DNA of 55,377 bases, counting the filler, from Candidatus Zhuqueibacterota bacterium (GTDB lineage Bacteria > BS750m-G25), in the NCBI GenBank assembly GCA_016783505.1. It is 4 parts of 4 records of this genome, joined end to end, with 100 filler letters (N's around TTAATTAATTAA, not from the genome) between each part and the next. Parts side by side here need not be neighbours in the genome. Positions count along the whole stretch, not along the records: positions 28,052 to 41,695 come from JADHWK010000058.1; positions 41,796 to 55,377 come from JADHWK010000059.1; 2 more parts are not named here. One strand, written 5' to 3'. Within the stretch, counting starts at the first letter, position 1. The number at the start of each line of letters is the position of its first letter. Below, piece by piece: positions 37,375-47,588 of the stretch. The notes under the pieces were generated by a model. The model searched no databases, was not told where the DNA came from, and saw nothing but the letters and a program-made list of their open reading frames with translations. The translations under genes and the position numbers were made by a program.

Positions 37375-39414
37375 TTGAAAGATTTAATAGAAAAAACCAT
37401 TTCTCATTATCGAATCATTGAGCCATTGGGGCAAGGGGGAATGGGTGTCGTCTACAAAGCCGAGGACACCAAGCTTAAACGCACTGTTGCACTGAAGTTC
37501 CTGCCTCCAGAGCTAACCCGTGACCCTGATGCCAAAGAGCGCTTTGTCCACGAGGCGCAGGCGGCCTCGGCTCTTCAGCATAACAACGTCTCCACGATTC
37601 ATGAGATTGATGAAACCGATGAAGGACAAATGTTCATATGCATGGATTACTATGAAGGTGAGGCGTTGAATGAAAAGATCAGGAGCGGTCCTATCAAGAT
37701 TGAAGAAGCCCTTGACATTGCCATCCAGGTTGCACAGGGTCTGAATAAGGCACACAAGAAAGGGATCGTGCATCGAGACATCAAGTCGGGAAATATCCTC
37801 GTGACCGAAGACGGCGTAGTGAAAATTGTGGACTTCGGTCTGGCCAAACTGCGTGGGCAAACAAAGCTTACCAAAGAAGGTACTACTTTAGGAACAGCAG
37901 CGTATATGTCTCCCGAACAAGCGCGGGGGGAAGAGGTTGATCACCGGACAGATATCTGGTCGCTGGGTGTTGTTCTTTATGAGATGATTACTGGACAACT
38001 TCCCTTTAAAGGCGATTATGAACAGGCGGTGATCTATTCGATTATGAATGAAGACCCGGAACCAATGACAGGCTTACGAACCGGCGTGCCGAGGGCATTG
38101 GCGCAGGTTGCAGAGAAAGCTATGCGAAAGGACAACGAAGAGCGGTATTCGAAGGTCGATGACATGATAACTAGCCTCAGGTCTTTGAGGAAGAAGCTCG
38201 AATCTGGCCCTTCGGATAAGTTAGAACCAGAATTGACTCTTAGAAAAAGAAGATACATTTACCTCGGCATCACGATTTTGGTCTTCTCTCTCATTGCAGC
38301 AGCTCTCTTTTTCTGGCAAAGAACGGAGACTAGACGGATTGAAGCCATAGTTGCCCGTTTGCAACCCGCTGTGGAGGCCGGTCGCTTTGATGACGTGTTT
38401 GAGATATTAAATGATTCGGGCCTGGAACTTCAAGATGACAGGGTTGAGATGCTTACGAAGCAGGTAGCTGGAACGCTATCAATTCAAAGTACACCCTCGA
38501 AGGCAAAAGTGACTTTGGCTCGCGTTCAATCTACACCCACCTTGTCAGTGGCAGAGCCAGTGAGCATCGGACGCACACCCCTTGAAGGCCATGCGTTAGT
38601 TGCAGGGGAATACTTCGTCAGTATGATGCTCGAGGATATGACACCACTCGAATTTCTTGTACAGGTGGTGCCTGGTGAGTCTTTGCGAATCAACCGTACT
38701 CTTCTCAGGGCGAATAAAGAGTTGGCTGGTATGGTAAGGATTGAGAAGGAAATTTCGCAAAATGGCATCTCAATCCCAGCGTTTTTTATTGATAAACATG
38801 AAGTAACCAACGCGGAATTTTTTAATTTTATCGCTGCCGGCTGTTATAGGGTAAAGAAATTCTGGCCTGAAGATATTATCATAAACGGTAATCCAACTCC
38901 TCGGGAGTCAGCTATAAGAAGTTTCGTTGACCAGACCGGCATACCAGGTCCGCGCTTTTGGTCAGGAGGAAAATATCCAGACGGCAAGGAAGGTCACCCT
39001 GTGGTAGGCATCTCTTGGTATGAAGGAATGGCATATGCTCGCTGGGTGGGAAAAGATCTGCCTACATGGGACCAGTGGTGGCTAGCAGCGCTCAGCGAAA
39101 CCAGCAGTATTTTTCCTTGGGGGAGTGACGTGAGGACAACTCACTTGCGCGCAAACTTCGGGTTGAAAGGTACCCAACCAGTAGAATCTTACCCCTTGGG
39201 AATAAGCCCATTCGGGTGTTTCGACATGGCTGGCAACGTACGGGAGTGGCTGCGCGATTCGGTGTCACCCAGCAGACTTCGCACAGTAGTTGGTGGGTCG
39301 TGGAAAGATCCTTCCTACATGTTTGAACCCTCTCACGCCGAATCGTTTTATCCAGAGTTTGCTGGCGAGGATATTGGGTTTCGATGTGTGAAATCTATTC
39401 CCGATGACCAATAA
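37375..39414 (+). CDS. Ser/Thr kinase - TM - PEGA-like - FGE-sulfatase (SUMF1) protein
   Basis: GQGGMG, HRDIKSGN, DFG, SPE; TM helix; HEVTNAEF, DMAGNVREW, GGSW, GFRCV. Confidence 0.9.
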   Translation: MKDLIEKTISHYRIIEPLGQGGMGVVYKAEDTKLKRTVALKFLPPELTRDPDAKERFVHEAQAASALQHNNVSTIHEIDETDEGQMFICMDYYEGEALNEKIRSGPIKIEEALDIAIQVAQGLNKAHKKGIVHRDIKSGNILVTEDGVVKIVDFGLAKLRGQTKLTKEGTTLGTAAYMSPEQARGEEVDHRTDIWSLGVVLYEMITGQLPFKGDYEQAVIYSIMNEDPEPMTGLRTGVPRALAQVAEKAMRKDNEERYSKVDDMITSLRSLRKKLESGPSDKLEPELTLRKRRYIYLGITILVFSLIAAALFFWQRTETRRIEAIVARLQPAVEAGRFDDVFEILNDSGLELQDDRVEMLTKQVAGTLSIQSTPSKAKVTLARVQSTPTLSVAEPVSIGRTPLEGHALVAGEYFVSMMLEDMTPLEFLVQVVPGESLRINRTLLRANKELAGMVRIEKEISQNGISIPAFFIDKHEVTNAEFFNFIAAGCYRVKKFWPEDIIINGNPTPRESAIRSFVDQTGIPGPRFWSGGKYPDGKEGHPVVGISWYEGMAYARWVGKDLPTWDQWWLAALSETSSIFPWGSDVRTTHLRANFGLKGTQPVESYPLGISPFGCFDMAGNVREWLRDSVSPSRLRTVVGGSWKDPSYMFEPSHAESFYPEFAGEDIGFRCVKSIPDDQ

Positions 39415-39435
39415 AGAAACAAGGAGGAACTGCAA

Positions 39436-40374
39436 ATGAATTACTATTTTCGTTTGGCAATGCTTCTCATCGTGGGGTTGTTTGCAATTCTATCAGCCTT
39501 AATCGCTCAAGAGCAAGCCTCCGATGAGTGGTTAGCACAGCCTGTTGACGATCAGACCTTCCAAACGCACTTGGATTTTTTTACTTACGACCAAACCTTA
39601 CCATTTGAACTCCAATCGATTGGTGTGAAAGAGTACGAAGGAATAAGAAAGGAGCATTTGTCTTTCCAAAGCACACCTGGTGTGCATGTTTTTGCGAACT
39701 TATACAGTCCCATCGGGCTATCTTCAAAAAACGGACCTGCCCTGATTCTTCTTCATGGTGGTTCTCCGGGAGGAAAAGATAGTCCGTATGTCGATGATAC
39801 TGCAAAGCTTCTGATGCGGGCCGGTTGGATAGTACTGGCTGTAGACTTTCAGTATTTTGGGGAGCGAAGTACTAGTTTGTTGACTACATTCACGGAAGAA
39901 GATAAGCACGATCGACTCTATAACCAGCCTTCCATGTATCTCGCATGGATGATCCAAAATGTAAAGGATATTGGCAGATCGTTTGACTTTCTTGTAGACC
40001 AGATAGGTGTTGATCCCAAACGCATCGGTCTCATTGGTATCAGCCGTGGTGCGCAAGTCGGGGCAATTGTTGGCGGAGCAGAGCGCAGGCTGGTTGCAAT
40101 TGTGTTACTTCACGGAGGCCATTTTGACGCATTGGAGCGGGGCCATCTGCCGGCGGCATGCCCTGCCAACTATATTGGTCGCATAAGCCCCCGTCCACTG
40201 CTTATGATAAATGGCACCCGTGACACCGATTACAATAAGGATACTTCGGTCCTGCCTCTTTACAGGCTGGCAAAGCCCCCTAGAAAGATTATTTGGGTCG
40301 AGGGCGGCCACGGATCTTTTACGGAGGAAGTTCGCTCAGCTATGTTACGGTGGCTGCAAGAGAACGTTAAGTGA
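39436..40374 (+). CDS. Secreted alpha/beta hydrolase (dienelactone hydrolase / acetyl esterase-like)
   Basis: Signal peptide, LLHG, GISRG nucleophile elbow, NGTRD, GGHG. Confidence 0.85.
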   Translation: MNYYFRLAMLLIVGLFAILSALIAQEQASDEWLAQPVDDQTFQTHLDFFTYDQTLPFELQSIGVKEYEGIRKEHLSFQSTPGVHVFANLYSPIGLSSKNGPALILLHGGSPGGKDSPYVDDTAKLLMRAGWIVLAVDFQYFGERSTSLLTTFTEEDKHDRLYNQPSMYLAWMIQNVKDIGRSFDFLVDQIGVDPKRIGLIGISRGAQVGAIVGGAERRLVAIVLLHGGHFDALERGHLPAACPANYIGRISPRPLLMINGTRDTDYNKDTSVLPLYRLAKPPRKIIWVEGGHGSFTEEVRSAMLRWLQENVK

Positions 40375-40431
40375 GGTTGCGATTCATCAGCATAATAAAT
40401 TGTGATGGCATGAAAATCAAATGAATGAATC

Positions 40432-41695
40432 ATGATCGGCAAAACCATATCGCATTACAAAATTCTCGAAAAGCTTGGCGAGGGTGGCATGGGGGTTGTG
40501 TACAAGGCCGAGGACATCAAACTTAAACGCACCGTTGCCCTTAAGTTCCTGCCGCCGGAATTAACCCGGGACGAGGAAACAAAGGAGCGCTTCATCCACG
40601 AGGCGCAGGCGGCCTCGGCTCTTCAGCATAACAACGTATCCACGATTCATGAGATTGATGAGACCGATGAAGGACAAATGTTCATATGCATGGATTACTA
40701 TGAAGGTGAGACGTTGAAAGATAAGATTAAACATGGGCCACTCAAAATAGAAGAAGCTCTCAACATTGCTGTCCAGGTTGCTAAAGGTCTGGAAAAAGCC
40801 CATGAACAGGGGATTGTACACAGGGACATCAAACCTGCCAACATTATGATTACTAATGATGGAGTGGTTAAAATCGTGGATTTTGGGCTGGCCAAGTTAG
40901 CCGGGCAGACCGGGCTCACAAGGAATGATACGACCATGGGTACAGTGTCGTATATGTCACCTGAGCAGACGCGTGGCGAAGGGGTTGATCATCGAACAGA
41001 TATTTGGTCTTTAGGCGTTGTTCTTTATGAAATGATCACCGGGCAATTACCATTTAAAGGAGAATATGAACAAGCGGTGATTTATTCGATTTTGAATGAA
41101 GACCCAGAGCCAGTGAAGGCGCTACGGACTGGCATTCCGATGGAGCTTGAGCGGATATTGAATAAGGCTTTGTTAAAAAATGCGGGCGAACGTTACCAAC
41201 TCGTAGACAAGATGTTGGATGATATGAGATGGCTTCAAAAATCATTAGAAATAGGGATTATAGAACAACGACTAACCAAGATTGTTTCTCCTTATAGGTG
41301 CCGGATCGCGGTATTGCCCCTTACCAATATCAGTCCTAATCCGGAAGATGAATATTTTGCTGATGGCATGACAGAGGAACTCATTTCAACGCTATCTAAA
41401 ATTAATGAATTAAGAGTCATCGCCCGTACGTCTATTATGCAATATAAAAATATAGCGAAGAGCGTCGCTGAAATTGGTCGAGAATTGAAGGTTGGCAATG
41501 TACTCGAAGGCAGCATCCGAAAAGCCGCCAACAAGCTGCGTATTACGGTACAGCTCATAGATTCACAAAGTCAAGAGTATCTCTGGTCGCAAGATTATGA
41601 TCGAGAGTTCAAGGACATATTTACGATACAAAGCGATATCGCCCATAGGGTTGCAGACGCGTTGAGAGTCCAATTAATGGGGGGAGAACAGAAAC
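40432..41695 (+). CDS. Ser/Thr kinase with TolB-like/TPR-associated domain, 3' truncated
   Basis: Kinase motifs, then IAVLPL.NIS....EYFADGMTEELI, VIARTS, LEGSIR. Confidence 0.92.
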
Positions 41696-41795
41696 NNNNN
41701 NNNNNNNNNNNNNNNNNNNNNNNNNNNNNNNNNNNNNNNTTAATTAATTAANNNNNNNNNNNNNNNNNNNNNNNNNNNNNNNNNNNNNNNNNNNN
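41696..41795. other. Artificial contig linker
   Basis: N-run + TTAATTAATTAA + N-run. Confidence 0.98.
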
Positions 41796-42292
41796 TCGGG
41801 ACGGGGATCGGGACCAGCGTAGAAGACGAGGATTTCGACCTGGGGGGGCTACGGTACGGAAAGGTCATAATAATGACCGACGCCGACGTGGACGGGGCCC
41901 ACATCCGCACCCTGCTGCTAACCTTCTTCTACCGCTATATGCGTCCCTTAGTGGACTTCGGAAATATCTACATCGCCCAGCCCCCGTTGTTCCGGATAAA
42001 AAAAGGGAAACAGCAAGTATATGCCTACGACGAGGAGGAGAGGGATGAGGTCCTGAAGCGGCTGGGGGATCATGGGGTGGGTATTCAACGGTATAAGGGT
42101 TTGGGAGAGATGAACCCCGATCAGCTCTGGGAGACCACCATGGACCCCGAACGCCGCACCGTAGTTAGGGTAACGGTAGAGGACGCCGCTGCTGCCGATA
42201 AGGTTTTCACTACCCTAATGGGAGGAGACGTGGAACCCCGGCGGTTATTCATTGAAGCGAATGCGAAGTATGTGAGGAATTTGGACATATAA
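41796..42292 (+). CDS. gyrB: DNA gyrase subunit B, 3' part
   Basis: [34 protein letters not shown]. Confidence 0.96.
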
Positions 42293-42564
42293 AAGTTCTT
42301 TCCAATTGGAATTGATAGTAAAACTTATTTATTGAAAAATATTCATAAATTGCATTAAAAACCGTAATTTAATATTTCCTATTCCAATTAAAAACAAATT
42401 CTTACCTATTGTTTAATGGATTAATAGTAATAAAAAAGAGTTGTCTAAAAAGTCAAATAATTTTAAATTGTGGGCAGATATTGAATCTTATCATAATTTA
42501 GTGAGTAAAGATAGGTTTACTTGCTAATTAAAGGATAAAGTAAAACAAACGTCAGGAGGAAGTA

Positions 42565-43152
42565 ATGTATACATTTCAAGCTTTACAAATTTTGATATTT
42601 CTTATTCCAGGGTTTATTTCGGCAACAATTTTGGATGTTTTTATCGTTAGAAAAGAGAAAAAGGAGTTTGGAAAAATAATAGAAGCATTAATTTTTTCTA
42701 TGATAATATACATTATTTATTCCTTAATATCTGGTAAAAGTCCTGTTGTATTAAATCAAATTGAAAAATCTATTACTTATTCTTATGATAGTAAGTCTTT
42801 TTTGTTGTTAGGCTTACTTAGTATAGCTACGCCTACAGTATTAAGCTTTCTTATAACAAACGATTGGCATATGAAACTGGCACGAGGGCTACTAATCAGC
42901 AGAAAAACTGCGAGAAGTTCCGTATGGTTTGATGTGTTTTGTGATATAAAAAAACACGTCATAGTAAATTTTGAAAATGGACGTCGAATATATGGATGGC
43001 CGATGTATTATTCTAATAATCCAGAGAACCCTTATATTTTTTTATTTGAACCGTCTTGGGTTGAGGGAGATAAATTTGTCGATTTAGATTTAGAAGGTAT
43101 CTTAATAACACCTGAGCAAAAAATTGAATCAATAGAATTCCTTAAAAGTTAA
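42565..43152 (+). CDS. DUF6338-like membrane protein
   Basis: LIPGF, TM helices, SVW..VF, G..IYGW, EGILI....I..IEF. Confidence 0.7.
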   Translation: MYTFQALQILIFLIPGFISATILDVFIVRKEKKEFGKIIEALIFSMIIYIIYSLISGKSPVVLNQIEKSITYSYDSKSFLLLGLLSIATPTVLSFLITNDWHMKLARGLLISRKTARSSVWFDVFCDIKKHVIVNFENGRRIYGWPMYYSNNPENPYIFLFEPSWVEGDKFVDLDLEGILITPEQKIESIEFLKS

Positions 43153-43178
43153 GTGAAGCGTTAAAAAAGGAGGTATCG

Positions 43179-43295
43179 ATGATTGACAAAGAGAAAAAAG
43201 AACTAAAAAGTGATAAAGGAGGTTATAATCCTCCCCCTAGAGACCACAAGAAGCCCGAGAGACCAACTCCTCCACCGCCACCAAAGGAAAAATAG
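43179..43295 (+). CDS. 38-aa Pro/Lys-rich peptide (absent from the ORF track)
   Basis: AAGGAGG RBS then MIDKEKKELKSDKGGYNPPPRDHKKPERPTPPPPPKEK*. Confidence 0.7.
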   Translation: MIDKEKKELKSDKGGYNPPPRDHKKPERPTPPPPPKEK

Positions 43296-43322
43296 TTGTT
43301 TTAGGCTACATTTGATAACGCC

Positions 43323-43399
43323 TTTAGAGAAACTAAAGTTAACAGAAAAACATTCACCCTTATCAAAAAGAGTTAAAGATTCCTGTGGATGTTGCCTGC
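43323..43399 (+). repeat. Island repeat copy A
   Basis: ...CTAAAGTTAACAGAAAAACATTCACCCTTATCAAAAAGAGTTAAAGATTCCTGTGGATGTTGCCTGC aligns with 45935-46010. Confidence 0.75.
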
Positions 43400-43445
43400 T
43401 CGACAAGACCCATTAAGTTTGACCAAAGACAAACGGAAGGAATCA

Positions 43446-45017
43446 ATGGAACTGAAGGGAAAAAAATATAATCCAAGCGGATTGCCATTTTTACAATCAC
43501 AAATATTAGAACACATTTATCTTAATATTAGCAAGAACCTAAAAACTGAAACAGAAAAGCTATCCAAAATTACCAATTACCCTGCTACTAGCAAGATACT
43601 TTTAGGTGGGATAGATTTATTAGTTAATAAAAAATTTCTTAACGGTTCACTGGATACTGGATTTTCCGTACCTGATGAAAGATTTGATTTTTTTCAAAAA
43701 GTTATCAAAAAGAACGATTACAAAAACAAAACGTACTCAAGAAAATTATTTGATCACCTTGAGAAACAATCTTCACAATTAGAACTGTTTTTAGAAACTA
43801 AAAACATTAGTCAATTAAATCGCTATGGCGTGATCCATAAATGGTATAATTACCTTGAAGATTTTCCTTACTCATTGATAGAAGACAAAATCATTGAATA
43901 CAACTTGAAAGATAATTCACTAGTTGTTGACCCGTTTTGCGGTAGTGGAACGACAATGATAACCGCAAATATGTTTCACCTGGATGCTGTCGGCTTTGAT
44001 GCAAATCCGTTAATGACATATGTATCAAAAGTTAAAACTAATTGGGACATAAATATTGGCGAATTAGAGAAATGGATTAGAAACGTAGCGGAACAGTTTT
44101 TAAAAGGGGTACAGGAGTTATATATTAAACCCCTTAATAATGGCTTTTTAAGGGTAATGCCAAAAAAAGAATTAAATCAATGGTTAAGCCCCAGATTGCA
44201 ACAAGAAGTGTTATTGTTAAAAGATATAATTCTACAAATCCCAGACTTAAAAACAAGAGAACTGTTTTTGTTGGCTATGTCGAAATCTTGCTTTGATGCC
44301 TCATATGTATCACTTTGCCCTGGAACAACCTTTTACCCTTTCAGGGAGAAAGAAGAATTTTGGGATTTATTCACGGATAAAATTATCAAAATGCACGATG
44401 ATTTAAAGGCAATACAAGCCCACAACCATTATGGCAAAACCAAATTAATTACTGACACTTGTTTGAATGCCCAAAATTATCTTGAAGAGGAATCAATCAA
44501 TTTTATTATTACTTCGCCACCCTATCCAAACGATCTAGAATATACCAGACAAACCCGCTTAGAACTTTATTTGCTTGATTTTGTCAGGGGAATGGATGAC
44601 ATCCAAAAGATTAAAAGAAAAATGGCGAAGGGTAGCACTAAACTTATTTTTAAAGAAAGCAATTCGGCGCGTTTTGTTGAAAAATTCGACGAAGTAAGTT
44701 ACATATCAAACGAAGTTTATGAACAAACAAAAAGTAAAAATTGGGGGTTTGATTATCCCAGAATGGTTAGAGAGTATTTCGGTGACATGTATCTGTGCAT
44801 GAAGGAATTTTATCCTTTAATGAAACATAATTCTCGTTTTCTATTGGTTGTAGGCGATCAAACCATAAAAGGTGTTATGATTCCAGTTTGTAATATTTTG
44901 ATAAAGTTGGCCGAAGAAATTGGATATAATAATTGTCGTAAGAAACTTTTCAGGGTTAGAAGGAGCACAGGACACGACATACCATTACCAGAAGAAATAG
45001 TGATTCTTGAAAAATAA
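43446..45017 (+). CDS. Amino-DNA methyltransferase (probably N4-cytosine)
   Basis: Motif I DPFCGSGTT precedes motif IV TSPPY. Confidence 0.9.
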   Translation: MELKGKKYNPSGLPFLQSQILEHIYLNISKNLKTETEKLSKITNYPATSKILLGGIDLLVNKKFLNGSLDTGFSVPDERFDFFQKVIKKNDYKNKTYSRKLFDHLEKQSSQLELFLETKNISQLNRYGVIHKWYNYLEDFPYSLIEDKIIEYNLKDNSLVVDPFCGSGTTMITANMFHLDAVGFDANPLMTYVSKVKTNWDINIGELEKWIRNVAEQFLKGVQELYIKPLNNGFLRVMPKKELNQWLSPRLQQEVLLLKDIILQIPDLKTRELFLLAMSKSCFDASYVSLCPGTTFYPFREKEEFWDLFTDKIIKMHDDLKAIQAHNHYGKTKLITDTCLNAQNYLEEESINFIITSPPYPNDLEYTRQTRLELYLLDFVRGMDDIQKIKRKMAKGSTKLIFKESNSARFVEKFDEVSYISNEVYEQTKSKNWGFDYPRMVREYFGDMYLCMKEFYPLMKHNSRFLLVVGDQTIKGVMIPVCNILIKLAEEIGYNNCRKKLFRVRRSTGHDIPLPEEIVILEK

Positions 45018-45026
45018 TTGGTGATC

Positions 45027-45881
45027 ATGGGAAACGTTCAATTAGAAGCATTTGGTGAATTATTTCAAAGCCAGAATTCAATAAATAGACTTCGCAACAA
45101 TGATTTTGTATGTCCTTTTGATAACCGTATTGATATATGTAACAAACCAAATCGTGGTTCATTGAAATATGGAAATTGTAGTGCCCAGGTTGGTAAATCA
45201 AAACGAATAATATGTCCAAGAAGGTTTTACGAAAGCAATTATCAAATATTGAAAGAAACAAAGAATTTTCTCTGGCCAGACGATATAAATATTGATTGCT
45301 ATGATGAACTGGGAATCAATATCAGAACTTCTAATGGCGATTCATTTCATTACGGGAACATAGATTGGGTTTTAGTGAATCGCCAGAATAGTTCAGATTT
45401 TTGCGGGATTGAGATTCAAACAGATTCCACAACCGGAACAGGTGCATTTAGAAAAGGTATTAAAGATCTATTAAATGGAAATTTAACAGACAATTATAAG
45501 TTTGGATTAAATACTCTTGCATCTTTCAAGGGTTTTTTACCACAATTCATTTTTAAGGGACAGCTATTTGATGATTGGAAAAGGCCTTATTGTGCAGTTA
45601 TTCAAGATGAGTTATGGGAAAAATTCATTAAAAAGTTTAGAATTCGTTACAAAGAGATTACTACATATTCGACAGAGACATTCTTGTTTTTTGTTTACTC
45701 CTTGGAATATAACCCTACCGAAAACAAATACCACATTGGTAGTCATAAAATTTATGCAACGAGGTGGATTGATTTATTGTTCTCGTTTTCTGTTGAAAAG
45801 AAATTTTTGCTCGACTTAGATGACATTAAAAGACGTATTCAGAAAAAAATGAAAAGAAGACAACCAATTATCACGTTTTAG
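45027..45881 (+). CDS. NotI-family type II restriction endonuclease
   Basis: ELF, CPF...CNK...CS...ICPRRF Cys4 site; DWV...GIEIQT catalytic motif; PQ...KG. Confidence 0.8.
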   Translation: MGNVQLEAFGELFQSQNSINRLRNNDFVCPFDNRIDICNKPNRGSLKYGNCSAQVGKSKRIICPRRFYESNYQILKETKNFLWPDDINIDCYDELGINIRTSNGDSFHYGNIDWVLVNRQNSSDFCGIEIQTDSTTGTGAFRKGIKDLLNGNLTDNYKFGLNTLASFKGFLPQFIFKGQLFDDWKRPYCAVIQDELWEKFIKKFRIRYKEITTYSTETFLFFVYSLEYNPTENKYHIGSHKIYATRWIDLLFSFSVEKKFLLDLDDIKRRIQKKMKRRQPIITF

Positions 45882-45934
45882 ATTTATCGAAACAAATAGT
45901 TTAAATTTTCTAAAACAGCCAAGCAGATAGCATC

Positions 45935-46047
45935 TTTTAAAAAGCTAAATTCAAGAAAAAAAATTACCCTTTCCAAAAAGAGGCAAAAATCCTTGTTGGA
46001 TGTTGCCTGCCTGCCCAGGTCTATGGGCGGGTAATCCACTGAAAATT
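45935..46047 (+). repeat. Island repeat copy B (with hairpin)
   Basis: ...ACCCTTTCCAAAAAGAGGCAAAAATCCTTGTTGGATGTTGCCTGCCTGCCCA-GGTCTA-TGGGCGGGTAATCCACTGAAAATT. Confidence 0.75.
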
Positions 46048-46182
46048 CAATAACAACAAATCTGCCCCGACAAATAAACCAATAATTCCGTAAAACAACA
46101 ATTGATTGGTTATTTGGTTAAAAATTACGAAGTTAGTAGTTAAGAAACCCCTTGTTAATGTATTGAAGAATGGGTTGGGTTC

Positions 46183-47304
46183 ATGAGAAGGGAAGCTAAG
46201 ATACTTCTAAAGAGAAGTGTTGATTCATTAGTCTTAGCAGTTGATCATTTCAACAGATCTTGGGATTGTGGGCGTAGAGAAGCGGTTCTCATTTTCTTGG
46301 ACAGAGCATTTGAATTGTTGCTAAAGGCTGTACTTGTGCACCGCGGCGGTCGAATTAGAGCGCCAAAGGCCATGGAGATATTAGGCTTTGACAATTGTCT
46401 CCGTAAATGCTTGAGCGATTTGACAGTGAAGTGCCTGAACGAGGATGATGCACTTACAATTCAAACCATAAATAGTCTTCGTAATGCGGTCCAGCATTAT
46501 ATCCTTGATATATCAGAGCAGTTGCTTTCCCTCTACACGCAGGCAGGATTCACATTGTTTAGGAAATTACTAAAGGCGGTCTTCAATAAAGGTTTATTGG
46601 ACTATTTTCCCGAAAGAATTTTTCCGGTATCCGCCTCTCTACCAGAGGACTTAGCGAGCCTATTCAATACTGATTTCTCTGAAATTAAAGAATTAGTAAC
46701 TTCGGGTAGGGGAAGACGAATACAAGCTCGGGCAAAAATGCGTGCTTTTCTAATCATTGAGTCATCTTTTTCCGGTATACGATCGCAGCCCAGTGAGAAT
46801 AAGTTGGGAAGGTTAATGAGGCGTATAAACGAAGGGAAGGCTTGGACAGATCTTTTCCCAGGAATTGCTACTTTAAAGATCGATTCTAGTGGAGAAGGTA
46901 TTAATGTTTCTGTTAGTATTACTCAAAAAGAGGGAGAACAAATACATTTGGTTCCAGAAGGAATCCCAGGGTCAACCGTTGTAGCTATTAAACATGTAAA
47001 TGAACTTGGCTTTTATTCGTTGGGGTTAAATCAGCTTGCTGAAAAATTGGGGATTTCTGCACCCAAGACAATTGCGTTAATTAAGTACCTTAACCTTCAA
47101 GAATCATCGGATTGCTGCAAGGAAATTCGTATTGGTAGTTCACGGTTTAAAAGATACAGCGCAAAGGCGTTGGATATGCTACAGAAAAGCCTATTAGACG
47201 TCAACATGCAGGAAGTTTGGCTGGAGTATGGACCACGTCGTTCGCCAAAGGATGGGTTAAGAAAGGAAAACAATTCAAATCTTTTCTTTCACGGCGGCCC
47301 CTAA
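46183..47304 (+). CDS. DUF3644-like protein with HEPN-type motif
   Basis: S...AV..FN, AFELLLKA, RNAVQH (RxxxxH). Confidence 0.75.
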   Translation: MRREAKILLKRSVDSLVLAVDHFNRSWDCGRREAVLIFLDRAFELLLKAVLVHRGGRIRAPKAMEILGFDNCLRKCLSDLTVKCLNEDDALTIQTINSLRNAVQHYILDISEQLLSLYTQAGFTLFRKLLKAVFNKGLLDYFPERIFPVSASLPEDLASLFNTDFSEIKELVTSGRGRRIQARAKMRAFLIIESSFSGIRSQPSENKLGRLMRRINEGKAWTDLFPGIATLKIDSSGEGINVSVSITQKEGEQIHLVPEGIPGSTVVAIKHVNELGFYSLGLNQLAEKLGISAPKTIALIKYLNLQESSDCCKEIRIGSSRFKRYSAKALDMLQKSLLDVNMQEVWLEYGPRRSPKDGLRKENNSNLFFHGGP

Positions 47305-47588
47305 ATCGTTTTAGGATGAAAAAAGTATAAGCAATAAAAATTCAACGATTGTTTTTGGCGTTTAGATAAAAGTATTTTTTAATAATTAATCAAGAAAAGC
47401 TGAATATGTTTGCTATTTATCGGAAAGGGACCCTTGTAATATTTGGGAGGTTTGTATGGTAAAGTTATACGATAAAGACAATGAAATGGATTTTACAAAG
47501 GGGGTGAGATAATGCCTGTTAATGTCTGGATGATATGGATGACTTTTCCGATTACAAGAAAAAACAGAAGGAAAAACAAAAGATTAAA

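Noticed and set aside
13367-39414. DUF1566 and FGE-sulfatase domains are typical DGR target folds
   Set aside because: I found no second copy of either 3' end and no RT; nothing here supports diversification
14050-41795. Thrice-repeated TTAATTAATTAA palindrome within N-runs, and apparent gene neighbourhoods across them (e.g. DUF1566-hypA, kinase-gyrB)
   Set aside because: Artificial six-frame-stop linkers; contigs are ordered by decreasing length (14049, 13802, 13644, 13582 bp), so adjacency is not biological
47350-47400. Possible fourth copy of the island repeat after the DUF3644 gene
   Set aside because: Only low-complexity AT-rich similarity; the GTGGA...TCCAC core is missing
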